From the NCBI GenBank assembly GCA_040954595.2, contig CM082586.2:124001-188000 (forward strand): a stretch of DNA of 64,000 nucleotides. The letters run 5' to 3'. Shown in pieces: positions 1-12,290 of this stretch. This DNA comes from Balanoglossus misakiensis (Eukaryota > Animalia > Hemichordata). Within the stretch, counting starts at the first letter, position 1. Each line of letters opens with the position of its first letter. The translations under genes were made by a program, and so were the position numbers. The notes beneath the pieces are model-generated. The model did no database searches. It was not told the origin of the DNA and worked only from the letters and a program-made list of their open reading frames with translations.

Positions 1-2
1 CG

Positions 3-299
3 AGGGGAACATGTTGGATCTACGATAATGACGCTTTTGGGTTAAAGTTCACCGTGGTTGGCGTTACTGGGTTCATTATAGCTTCTCTGATCTACATCGC
101 CATTATCGTCGTATACAAGCCACCCCCTGAATCAACTAAGGAAGAAGAGCTTAAAGCAAGTGCATCAGAACAGCCTATATCTCAGATGGAGGCCGAAACA
201 AATGCAGCAATTAAGCGTGAGACAAGTACCATCTCACTTCTGGGTTACACCAAAAATGACCCGGATGATGCAGGGAATACTGTAACAGAAACGAAATAG
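3..299 (+). CDS. Terminal coding exon (5' partial) of an SLCO/OATP organic anion transporter (paralog 1)
   Basis: Frame from position 3 reads RGTCWIYDNDAFGLKFTVVGV...IAIIVVYKPPP...*, the OATP C-terminal CWxYDN motif plus TM12. It closely resembles the last exon at 19794-20125 (RGTCWVYDNFAFGLKF...IAIIVYKPPP). AATAAA at 860-865. Confidence 0.9.
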   Translation, partial: RGTCWIYDNDAFGLKFTVVGVTGFIIASLIYIAIIVVYKPPPESTKEEELKASASEQPISQMEAETNAAIKRETSTISLLGYTKNDPDDAGNTVTETK

Positions 300-1068
300 A
301 TCTGAACGTTGTTGGCGCTTTCTAATATACAGTTACGAGCAGATTGTGTTTCAAGGAAAGACTGAGCTTCAAAATATATGTTATCATCAGAACGTTTATT
401 CTGCAGTGACAGACTGACGTGGGTGCTAACCACATCGCAAAACACGAAGTAACGAACTTGGCTATCCTGTATGTCTCAGTGAAAGACACACGATATATCA
501 ATTCAGTCAAAGATTATGTTTTATGTTTTATGGCACTTTTTTCAGCATTTTAGATTGCACTTACAATGCATGTGTGCTGAGAGCAAATACTTGACTGTTA
601 CCCAGCACATTACTTCTGAAATGTTTACTGTAAAACGAGATACAAATAAGCCCACAACGAAATTTGATAATATAAAGTGTATTGATATTGCGAATATGAC
701 TAGTGACCGTCAGTAACGTTTAGGTACAATTTCGAAATATGTTTGTATACAGGAACAAGTTAGTATCGTAGGATGACTTAAAGTTTGTCAAGTTATATAG
801 GTTGACCCGGTTGGTTGTTGGTTACTAACTTTTTGAGGCAGACATACATTATGTGAATCAATAAAGTGACACCACTCTAATATACTGTAACTGAAATTAT
901 GTGGGACTGAGGTCCCAAAAATTGCCAAGCATTAGTAAATGACGAGCCTTGGACCAAACAGCCAATTCAACGGTAGTGTAAACATAGCACGTTCGAGCAT
1001 TGACGGAGTAGACCAGTCCGTTACAAGTCCTGGGTTCGATTTACCCTTGCGCAAGGCAGAACGTGCGC

Positions 1069-4000
1069 TAAGAGATGTGCCGGAAAAATGCAGTATAAAC
1101 TGCTAACCGACCGACCTGAGCGTTGCGCTCACACAAATACCAAGAAAACCTCGGAATTACGATCCGTAGCCTCTCAAAGGTTACAGAAAAATTATCAATC
1201 CTCTCATGAGTCACGGTGTATCCCACAATTACATATAACGCGTAGCCCCCCCCCCTTCAGAAAACGCCCCCAAAAACACAGATGATCGCTACAAATTGGA
1301 CAGCAGGTGTGAATTTTGACATGAGACAACGCGACGCGAACGTACAGGTCCTGCCTTGGCAGCCAAGAGAGCACCGCCCGGCCGCCCGCGTACGTGCAGC
1401 CCGTAGTCTCTAAGGGATGTGCTGGAAAAATGCAGTACATGTATAAACTGCTAACCGACTGACCTGAGCGTTGGGCTCACACAAATACCAAGAAAAACCT
1501 CGGAATTACGATCCGTAGACAACAAAACCTCTCGGAGGTTACAGTAAAAGTGTTCCCACAAACGTGGAGAAAGGTTTGAAGGAAAACAAGAAAGATAAAG
1601 GTAAAGTACGAATTCAGATCACTACACTCGACAGCACGATGCTCACAGTTCAACCACCATGTCTCGTCTGATTTTGGATGTCGAGGGAGTCACTATACAT
1701 GCAACAAGCCCACGTGATACAAGCTCCGGCCCCAATCGTGGAAAATTTAGTTTCTCCTGCTATGGGATGTCTCAGTCTGAGAATCAGGAAAAAGTCGCAT
1801 TTATTGAGATACGAGTCTTGTTTGCGGCGTTGGCCTAGCAATTCCGTGACAACTCCATTGTACTACAGTGCACGTGTGTACGGCGAGTATCAGACAAAAA
1901 TGACCAATTACTGCTTGTAACCCTTGACAATTGCGGAAAGTAAACCCCAACACAATATTTCGCCTGTCAAAACACATGAATGAAATTGATTTACAAAATC
2001 ACAGAATGGCCGTATATAGTTTTAAAAAATACGGTAAATTGCATTAATTGCGTAAAATTATCAATCCTCTCATGAGTCACGGTGTATCCCACAATTACAC
2101 ATAACGCGTAGCCCCCCCCCCCCCCCTCCCTCAGAAAACGCCCCAAAAACACAGATGATCGCTACAAATTGGACAGCAGGTGTGACTTTTGACATGAGAC
2201 AACGCGACGCGAACGTACAGGTCCTCGGCAGCCAAGAGAGCAGCGCCCGGCCGTCCGCGTACGTGCAGCCCGTAGTCTCTAAGAGATGTGCTGGAAAAAT
2301 GCAGTATAAACTGCTAACCGACCGACCTGAGCGTTGCGCTCACACAAATACCAAGAAAACCTCGGAATTACGATCCGTAGCCTCTCAAAGGTTACAGAAA
2401 AATTATCAATCCTCTCATGAGTCACGGTGTATCCCACAATTACACATAACGTGTAGCCCCCCCCCCCCCCTCAGAAAACGCCCCCCAAAACACAGATGAT
2501 CGCTACAAATTGGACAGCAGGTGTGACTTTTGACATGAGACAACGTGACGCGAACGTACAGGTCCTCGGCAGCCAAGAGAGCAGCGCCCGGCCGTCCGCG
2601 TACGTGCAGCCCGTAGTCTCTAAGAGATGTGCTGGAAAAATGCAGTATAAACTGCTAACCGACCGACCTGAGCGTTGCGCTCACACAAATACCAAGAAAA
2701 ACCTCGGAATTACGATCCGTAGACTACAAAACCTCTCAGAGGTTTCAGGAAAAGTGTTCCCACAAACGTGGAGAAAGGTTTGAAGGAAAATATAAGAAAG
2801 ATAGAGGTAAAGTACGAATTCAGATCACGACACTCGACAGCACGATGCTCACAGTTCAACCACCATGTCTCGTCTGATTTTGGATGTCGAGGGAGTCACT
2901 ATACATGCAACAAGCCCACGTGATACAAGCTCCGGCCCCAATCGTGGAAAATTTAGTTTCTCCTGCTATGGGATGTCTCAGTCTGAGAATCAGGAAAAAG
3001 TCGCATTTATTGAGATACGAGTCTTGTGTGCGGCGTTGGCCTAGCAATTCCGTGACAACTCCATTGTACTACAGTGCACGTGTGTACGGCGAGTATCAGA
3101 CAAAAATGACCAATTACTGCTTGTAACCCTACACATTTGCGGAAAGTAAACCCCAACACAATACTTCGCCTGTCAAAACACACGAATGAAATTGATTTAC
3201 AAAATCACAGTGTGGCCGTATATAGTTAAAAAATACGGTAAATTGCATTAATTGCGTAAAATTCCTCTCATGAGTCACGGTGTATCCCACAATTACACAT
3301 AACGCGTAGCCCCCCCCCCCTCTCTCTCAGAAAACGCCCCAAAAAACACAGATGATCGCTATAAAATTTGAAAGCAGGTGTGAATTTTGACATGAGACAA
3401 CGCGACGCGAACGTACAGGTCCTCGGCAGCCAAGAGAGCAGCGCCCGGCCGCCCGCGTACGTGCAGCCCGTAGTCTCTAACAGATGTGCTGGAAAAATGC
3501 AGTATAAACTGCTAACCGACCGACCTGAGCGTTGCGCTCAGAAAAACCTCGGATTTACGATCCGTAGACTACAAAACCTCTCAGAGGTTTCAGAAAAAGT
3601 GTTCCCACAAACGTGGAGAAAGGTTTGAAGGAAAATATAAGAAAGATAGAGGTAAAGTACGAATTCAGATCACTACACTCGACAGCACGATGCTCACAGT
3701 TCAACCACCATGTCTCGTCTGCTTTTGGATGTCGAGGGAGTCACTATACATGCAACAAGCCCACGTGATACAAGCTCCGGCCCCAATCGTGGAAAATTTA
3801 GTTTCTCCTGCTATGGGATGTCTCAGTCTGAGAATCAGGAAAAAGTCGCATTTATTGAGATACGAGTCTTGTTTGCGGCGTTGGCCTAGCAATTCCGTGA
3901 CAACTCCATTGTACTACAGTGCACGTGTGTACGGCGAGTATCTGACAAAAATGACCAATTACTGTTTGTAACCCTACCCATTTGCGGAAAGTAAACCCCA

Positions 4001-7000
4001 ACACAATACTTCGCCTGTAAAAACACACGAATGAAATTGATTTACAAAATCACAGTGTGGCCGTATATAGTTAAAAAATACGGTAAATTGCATTAATTGC
4101 GTAAAATTCCTCTCATGAGTCACGGTGTATCCCACAATTACACATAACGCGTAGCCCCCCCCCCCTCTCTCTCTCAGAAAACGCCCCCAAAACACAGATG
4201 ATCGCTACAAATTGGACAGCAGGTGTGACTTTTGACATGAGACAACGCGACGCGAACGTACAGGTCCTCGGCAGCCAAGAGAGCAGCGCCCGGCCGTCCG
4301 CGTACGTGCAGCCCGTAGTCTCTAAGAGATGTGCTGGAAAAATGCAGTATAAACTGCTAACCGACCGACCTGAGCGTTGCGCTCACACAAGTACCAAGAA
4401 AACCTCGGAATTACGATCCGTAGCCTCTCAAAGGTTACAGAAAAATTATCAATCCTCTCATGAGTCACGGTGTATCCCACAATTACACATAACGCGTAGC
4501 CCCCCCCCCCTCAGAAAACGCCCCCAAAAACACAGATGATCACTATAAAATTTGAAAGCAGGTGTGAATTTTGACATGAGACAACGCGACGCGAACGTAC
4601 AGGCCCTCGGCAGCCAAGAGAGCAGCGCCCGGCCGCCCGCGTACGTGCAGCCCGTAGTCTCTAAGAGATGTGCTGGAAAAATTCAGTATAAACTGCTAAC
4701 CGACCGACCTGAGCGCTGCGCTCACACAAATACCAAGAAAAACCTCGGAATTACGATCCGTAGACTACAAAACCTCTCAGAGGTTTCAGAAAAAGTGTTC
4801 CCACAAACGTGGAGAAAGGTTTGAACGAAAACATAAGAAAGATAGAGGTAAAGTACGAATTCAGATCACTACACTCGACAGCACGATGCTCACAGTTCAA
4901 CCACCATGTCTCGTCTGATTTTGGATGTCGAGGGAGTCACTATACATGCAACAAGCCCACGTGATACAAGCTCCGGCCCCAATCGCGGAAAATTTAGTTT
5001 CTCCTGCTATGGGATGTCTCAGTCTGAGAATCAGGAAAAAGTCGCATTTATTGAGATACGAGTCTTGTTTGCGGCGTTGGCCTAGCAATTCCGTGACAAC
5101 TCCATTGTACTACAGTGCACGTGTGTACGGCGAGTATCTGACAAAAATGACCAATTACTGTTTGTAACCCTACCCATTTGCGGAAAGTAAACCCCAACAC
5201 AATACTTCGCCTGTAAAAACACACGAATGAAATTGATTTACAAAATCACAGTGTGGCCGTATATAGTTAAAAAATACGGTAAATTGCATTAATTGCGTAA
5301 AATTCCTCTCATGAGTCACGGTGTATCCCACAATTACACATAACGCGTAGCCCCCCCCCCCCCCCTCTCTCTCAGAAAACGCCCCCAAAACACAGATGAT
5401 CGCTACAAATTGGACAGCAGGTGTGACTTTTGACATGAGACAACGCGACGCGAACGTACAGGTCCTCGGCAGCCAAGAGAGCAGCGCCCGGCCGTCCGCG
5501 TACGTGCAGCCCGTAGTCTCTAAGAGATGTGCTGGAAAAATGCAGTATAAACTGCTAACCGACCGACCTGAGCGTTGCGCTCACACAAATACCAAGAAAA
5601 CCTCGGAATTACGATCCGTAGCCTCTCAAAGGTTACAGAAAAATTATCAATCCTCTCATGAGTCACGGTGTATCCCACAATTACACATAACGCGTAGCCC
5701 CCCCCCCCCTCAGAAAACGCCCCCAAAAACACAGATGATCGCTATAAAATTTGAAAGCAGGTGTGAATTTTGACACGAGACAACGCGACGCGAACGTACA
5801 GGTCCTCGGCAGCCAAGAGAGCAGCGCCCGGCCGCCCGCGTACGTGCAGCCCGTAGTCTCTAACAGATGTGCTGGAAAAATGCAGTATAAACTGCTAACC
5901 GACCGACCTGAGCGTTGCGCTCACACAAATACCAAGAAAAACCTCGGAATTACGATCCGTAGACTACAAAACCTCTCAGAGGTTTCAGGAAAAGTGTTCC
6001 CACAAACGTGGAGAAAGGTTTGAAGGAAAATATAAGAAAGATAGAGGTAAAGTACGAATTCAGATCACTACACTCGACAGCACGATGCTCACAGTTCAAC
6101 CACCATGTCTCGTCTGATTTTGGATGTCGAGGGAGTCACTATACATGCAACAAGCCCACGTGATACAAGCTCCGGCCCCAATCGAGGAAAATTTAGTTTC
6201 TCCTGCTATGGGATGTCTCAGTCTGAGAATCAGGAAAAAGTCGCATTTATTGAGATACGAGTCTTGTTTGCGGCGTTGGCCTAGCAATTCCGTGACCACT
6301 CCATTGTACTACAGTGCACGTGTGTACGGCGAGTATCTGACAAAAATGACCAATTACTGTTTGTAACCCTACCCATTTGCGGAAAGTAAACCCCAACACA
6401 ATACTTCGCCTGTAAAAACACACGAATGAAATTGATTTACAAAATCACAGTGTGGCCGTATATAGTTAAAAAATACGGTAAATTGCATTAATTGCGTAAA
6501 ATTCCTCTCATGAGTCACGGCGTATCCCACAATTACACATAACGCGTAGCCCCCCCCCCCCTCTCTCAGAAAACGCCCCCAAAACACAGATGATCGCTAC
6601 AAATTGGACAGCAGGTGTGACTTTTGACATGAGACAACGCGACGCGAACGTACAGGTCCTCGGCAGCCAAGAGAGCAGCGCCCGGCCGTCCGCGTACGTG
6701 CAGCCCGTAGTCTCTAAGAGATGTGCTGGAAAAATGCAGTATAAACTGCTAACCGACCGACCTGAGCGTTGCGCTCACACAAATACCAAGAAAACCTCGG
6801 AATTACGATCCGTAGCCTCTCAAAGGTTACAGAAAAATTATCAATCCTCTCATGAGTCACGGTGTATCCCACAATTACACATAACGCGTAGCCCCCCCCC
6901 CCCTCAGAAAACGCCCCCAAAAACACAGATGATCACTATAAAATTTGAAAGCAGGTGTGAATTTTGACATGAGACAACGCGACGCGAACGTACAGGCCCT

Positions 7001-10000
7001 CGGCAGCCAAGAGAGCAGCGCCCGGCCGCCCGCGTACGTGCAGCCCGTAGTCTCTAAGAGATGTGCTGGAAAAATGCAGTATAAACTGCTAACCGACCGA
7101 CCTGAGCGTTGCGCTCACACAAATACCAAGAAAAACCTCGGAATTACGATCCGTAGACTACAAAACCTCTCAGAGGTTTCAGAAAAAGTGTTCCCACAAA
7201 CGTGGAGAAAGGTTTGAACGAAAACATAAGAAAGATAGAGGTAAAGTACGAATTCAGATCACTACACTCGACAGCACGATGCTCACAGTTCAACCACCAT
7301 GTCTCGTCTGATTTTGGATGTCGAGGGAGTCACTATACATGCAACAAGCCCACGTGATACAAGCTCCGGCCCCAATCGCGGAAAATTTAGTTTCTCCTGC
7401 TATGGGATGTCTCAGTCTGAGAATCAGGAAAAAGTCGCATTTATTGAGATACGAGTCTTGTTTGCGGCGTTGGCCTAGCAATTCCGTGACAACTCCATTG
7501 TACTACAGTGCACGTGTGTACGGCGAGTATCAGACAAAAATGACCAATTACTGCTTGTAACCCTACACATTTGCGGAAAGTAAACCCCAACACAATACTT
7601 CGCCTGTCAAAACACACGAATGAAATTGATTTACAAAATCACAGTGTGGCCGTATATAGTTAAAAAATACGGTAAATTGCATTAATTGCGTAAAATTCCT
7701 CTCATGAGTCACGGTGTATCCCACAATTACACATAACGTGTAGCCCCCCCCCTCTCAGAAAACGCCCCCCAAAACACAGATGATCGCTACAAATTGGACA
7801 GCAGGTGTGACTTTTGACATGAGACAACGCGACGCGAACGTACAGGTCCTCGGCAGCCAAGAGAGCAGCGCCCGGCCGTCCGCGTACGTGCAGCCCGTAG
7901 TCTCTAAGAGATGTGCTGGAAAAATGCAGTATAAACTGCTAACCGACCGACCTGAGCGTTGCGCTCACACAAATACCAAGAAAACCTCGGAATTACGATC
8001 CGTAGCCTCTCAAAGGTTACAGAAAAATTATCAATCCTCTCATGAGTCACGGTGTATCCCACAATTACACATAATGCGTAGCCCCCCCCCTCAGAAAACG
8101 CCCCCAAAAACACAGATGATCGCTATAAAATTTGAAAGCAGGTGTGAATTTTGACATGAGACAACGCGACGCGAACGTACAGGTCCTCGGCAGCCAAGAG
8201 AGCAGCGCCCGGCCGCCCGCGTACGTGCAGCCCGTAGTCTCTAACAGATGTGCTGGAAAAATGCAGTATAAACTGCTAACCGACCGACCTGAGCGTTGCG
8301 CTCACACAAATACCAAGAAAAACCTCGGAATTACGATCCGTAGACTACAAAACCTCTCAGAGGTTTCAGGAAAAGTGTTCCCACAAACGTGGAGAAAGGT
8401 TTGAAGGAAAATATAAGAAAGATAGAGGTAAAGTACGAATTCAGATCACTACACTCGACAGCACGATGCTCACAGTTCAACCACCATGTCTCGTCTGATT
8501 TTGGATGTCGAGGGAGTCACTATACATGCAACAAGCCCACGTGATACAAGCTCCGGCCCCAATCGCGGAAAATTTAGTTTCTCCTGCTATGGGATGTCTC
8601 AGTCTGAGAATCAGGAAAAAGTCGCATTTATTGAGATACGAGTCTTGTTTGCGGCGTTGGCCTAGCAATTCCGTGACAACTCCATTGTACTACAGTGCAC
8701 GTGTGTACGGCGAGTATCTGACAAAAATGACCAATTACTGTTTGTAACCCTACCCATTTGCGGAAAGTAAACCCCAACACAATACTTCGCCTGTAAAAAC
8801 ACACGAATGAAATTGATTTACAAAATCACAGTGTGGCCGTATATAGTTAAAAAATACGGTAAATTGCATTAATTGCGTAAAATTCCTCTCATGAGTCACG
8901 GTGTATCCCACAATTACACATAACGCGTAGCCCCCCCCCCCCCCTCTCTCTCAGAAAACGCCCCCAAAACACAGATGATCGCTACAAATTGGACAGCAGG
9001 TGTGACTTTTGACATGAGACAACGCGACGCGAACGTACAGGTCCTCGGCAGCCAAGAGAGCAGCGCCCGGCCGTCCGCGTACGTGCAGCCCGTAGTCTCT
9101 AAGAGATGTGCTGGAAAAATGCAGTATAAACTGCTAACCGACCGACCTGAGCGTTGCGCTCACACAAATACCAAGAAAACCTCGGAATTACGATCCGTAG
9201 CCTCTCAAAGGTTACAGAAAAATTATCAATCCTCTCATGAGTCACGGTGTATCCCACAATTACACATAATGCGTAGCCCCCCCCCCCCCTCAGAAAACGC
9301 CCCCAAAAACACAGATGATCGCTATAAAATTTGAAAGCAGGTGTGAATTTTGACATGAGACAACGCGACGCGAACGTACAGGTCCTCGGCAGCCAAGAGA
9401 GCAGCGCCCGGCCGCCCGCGTACGTGCAGCCCGTAGTCTCTAACAGATGTGCTGGAAAAATGCAGTATAAACTGCTAACCGACCGACCTGAGCGTTGCGC
9501 TCACACAAATACCAAGAAAAACCTCGGAATTACGATCCGTAGACTACAAAACCTCTCAGAGGTTTCAGGAAAAGTGTTCCCACAAACGTGGAGAAAGGTT
9601 TGAAGGAAAATATAAGAAAGATAGAGGTAAAGTACGAATTCAGATCACTACACTCGACAGCACGATGCTCACAGTTCAACCACCATGTCTCGTCTGATTT
9701 TGGATGTCGAGGGAGTCACTATACATGCAACAAGCCCACGTGATACAAGCTCCGGCCCCAATCGTGGAAAATTTAGTTTCTCCTGCTATGGGATGTCTCA
9801 GTCTGAGAATCAGGAAAAAGTCGCATTTATTGAGATACGAGTCTTGTTTGCGGCGTTGGCCTAGCAATTCCGTGACAACTCCATTGTACTACAGTGCACG
9901 TGTGTACGGCGGGTATCTGACAAAAATGACCAATTACTGTTTGTAACCCTACCCATTTGCGGAAAGTAAACCCCAACACAATACTTCGCCTGTAAAAACA

Positions 10001-11834
10001 CACGAATGAAATTGATTTACAAAATCACAGTGTGGCCGTATATAGTTAAAAAATACGGTAAATTGCATTAATTGCGTAAAATTCCTCTCATGAGTCACGG
10101 TGTATCCCACAATTACACATAACGCGTAGCCCCCCCCCCCCCCCCTCTCTCTCAGAAAACGCCCCCCAAAACACAGATGATCGCTACAAATTGGACAGCA
10201 GGTGTGACTTTTGACATGAGACAACGCGACGCGAACGTACAGGTCCTCGGCAGCCAAGAGAGCAGCGCCCGGCCGTCCGCGTACGTGCAGCCCGTAGTCT
10301 CTAAGAGATGTGCTGGAAAAATGCAGTATAAACTGCTAACCGACCGACCTGAGCGTTGCGCTCACACAAATACCAAGAAAACCTCGGAATTACGATCCGT
10401 AGCCTCTCAAAGGTTACAGAAAAATTATCAATCCTCTCATGAGTCACGGTGTATCCCACAATTACACATAACGCGTAGCCCCCCCCCCCCTCAGAAAACG
10501 CCCCCAAAAACACAGATGATCGCTATAAAATTTGAAAGCAGGTGTGAATTTTGACATGAGACAACGCGACGCGAACGTACAGGTCCTCGGCAGCCAAGAG
10601 AGCAGCGCCCGGCCGCCCGCGTACGTGCAGCCCGTAGTCTCTAACAGATGTGCTGGAAAAATGCAGTATAAACTGCTAACCGACCGACCTGAGCGTTGCG
10701 CTCACACAAATACCAAGAAAAACCTCGGAATTACGATCCGTAGACTACAAAACCTCTCAGAGGTTTCAGGAAAAGTGATCCCACAAACGTGGAGAAAGGT
10801 TTGAAGGAAAACATAAGAAAGATAGAGGTAAAGTACGAATTCAGATCACTACACTCGACAGCACGATGCTCACAGTTCAACCACCATGTCTCGTCTGATT
10901 TTGGATGTCGAGGGAGTCACTATACATGCAACAAGCCCACGTGATACAAGCTCCGGCCCCAATCGTGGAAAATTTAGTTTCTCCTGCTATGGGATGTCTC
11001 AGTCTGAGAATCAGGAAAAAGTCGCATTTATTGAGATACGAGTCTTGTTTGCGGCGTTGGCCTAGCAATTCCGTGACAACTCCATTGTACTACAGTGCAC
11101 GTGTGTACGGCGAGTATCTGACAAAAATGACCAATTACTGTTTGTAACCCTACCCATTTGCGGAAAGTAAACCCCAACACAATACTTCGCCTGTAAAAAC
11201 ACACGAATGAAATTGATTTACAAAATCACAGTGTGGCCGTATATAGTTAAAAAATTCGGTAAATTGCATTAATTGCGTAAAATTCCTCTCATGAGTCACG
11301 GTGTATCCCACAATTACACATAACGCGTAGCCCCCCCTCCCTCTCTCAGAAAACGCCCCCAAAACACAGATGATCGCTACAAATTGGACAGCAGGTGTGA
11401 CTTTTGACATGAGACAACGCGACGCGAACGTACAGGTCCTCGGCAGCCAAGAGAGCAGCGCCCGACCGCCCGCGTACGTGCAGCCCGTAGTCTCTAAGAG
11501 ATGTGCTGGAAAAATGCAGTATAAACTGCTAACCGACCGACCTGAGCGTTACGCTCACACAAATACCAAGAAAACCTCGGAATTACGATCCGTAGCCTCT
11601 CAAAGGTTACAGAAAAATTATCAATCCTCTCATGAGTCACGGTGTATTCCACAATTACACATAACGCGTAGCCCCCCCCCCCCTTCAGAAAACGCCCCAA
11701 AAAACACAGATGATCGCTACAAATTGGACAGCAGGTATGAATTTTGACATGAGACAACGCGACGCGAACGTACAGGTCCTCGGCAGCCAAGAGAGCAGCG
11801 CCCGGCCGTCCGCGAACGTGCAGCCCGTAGTCTC
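1069..11834. repeat. Higher-order tandem array: 9 short (337-342 bp) and 9 long (845-869 bp) related units, mostly alternating (~1.2-kb dimer)
   Basis: Unit starts (TAA[G/C]AGATGTG, one TAAGGGATG variant) at 1069 S, 1411 L, 2280 S, 2621 L, 3478 L, 4323 S, 4662 L, 5521 S, 5861 L, 6715 S, 7055 L, 7905 S, 8242 L, 9100 S, 9441 L, 10302 S, 10642 L, 11495 S. Every unit ends CCCGTAGTCTC. S is an internal deletion derivative of L. Each unit has a variable poly-C tract. Confidence 0.97.
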
Positions 11835-12105
11835 GCGGCTTTACATTTTCGTGGACGTTGTAATTTTTCTGATTATATTTAAATCTGTCTGTACCAGGGG
11901 AACATAGACGCTTCAGACAAGATGTCTTGAAGTATATTTCACCGAAATATTTCCGTAAACACGAAACAAACGGATTTTCAGCGTTCCCGCAAAGGGATCA
12001 GGTCAGTGTAAACATTGTGTGGACCCAATCGCTCGCCGCTAAAGCACACGAAAAACTACGATATCTTTCCGATATACAATATTTCAGTCTAAAAACATAC
12101 ATGGG

Positions 12106-12290
12106 GGTACTCACCAGTGAGCGTATCAACTAGTGCTTGGTGTCGCTTTATCTAAAAACCACATGCCCCTTCGTATTTTGACGATTTGCATGCAAAAATG
12201 GGCCTCTTCCGTGTTAAATCATAGCGTCGTCTGGTCGTTTTCCGCACTTCCGCTCCGCGATTTCCCATGAAACTTTGCGCGTTCATGAGA
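12106..12290 (-). promoter_or_regulatory. Promoter-like CpG-rich segment with a minus-strand splice donor
   Basis: ACTTCCG (ETS-type core) at ~12246, TTCCCATGAAACTTTGCG (ZNF143/SBS-like) at ~12262, and GGTACTCACC at 12106-12115 (reverse complement G|GTGAGT, a consensus donor). Motif evidence only. Confidence 0.3.

Noticed and set aside
990-1050. tRNA gene
   Set aside because: A B-box-like motif is present but there is no cloverleaf and the A-B spacing is too short; kept only as a weak SINE-like hint.
1069-11834. CRISPR array, rDNA/5S, snRNA or histone repeat interpretation
   Set aside because: No unique spacers and no cas genes; no match to 5S, U1, U2, U6 or histone sequences that I can recognise; eukaryotic context.
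1069-11837. PIF/Harbinger MITE tandem (TAA spacer, GAGA...TCTC ends)
   Set aside because: The inverted match is only 4 bp, several units read TAACAGA, and no TAA follows the last unit (GCGGC follows).
1088-11907. Dozens of 60-125 aa ORFs in the track (MIATNWTAG..., MKAGVNF..., MSRESLY..., MLGQRR...)
   Set aside because: They are copies of the repeat unit, many change frame with poly-C length or span unit junctions, and none shows a recognisable domain.
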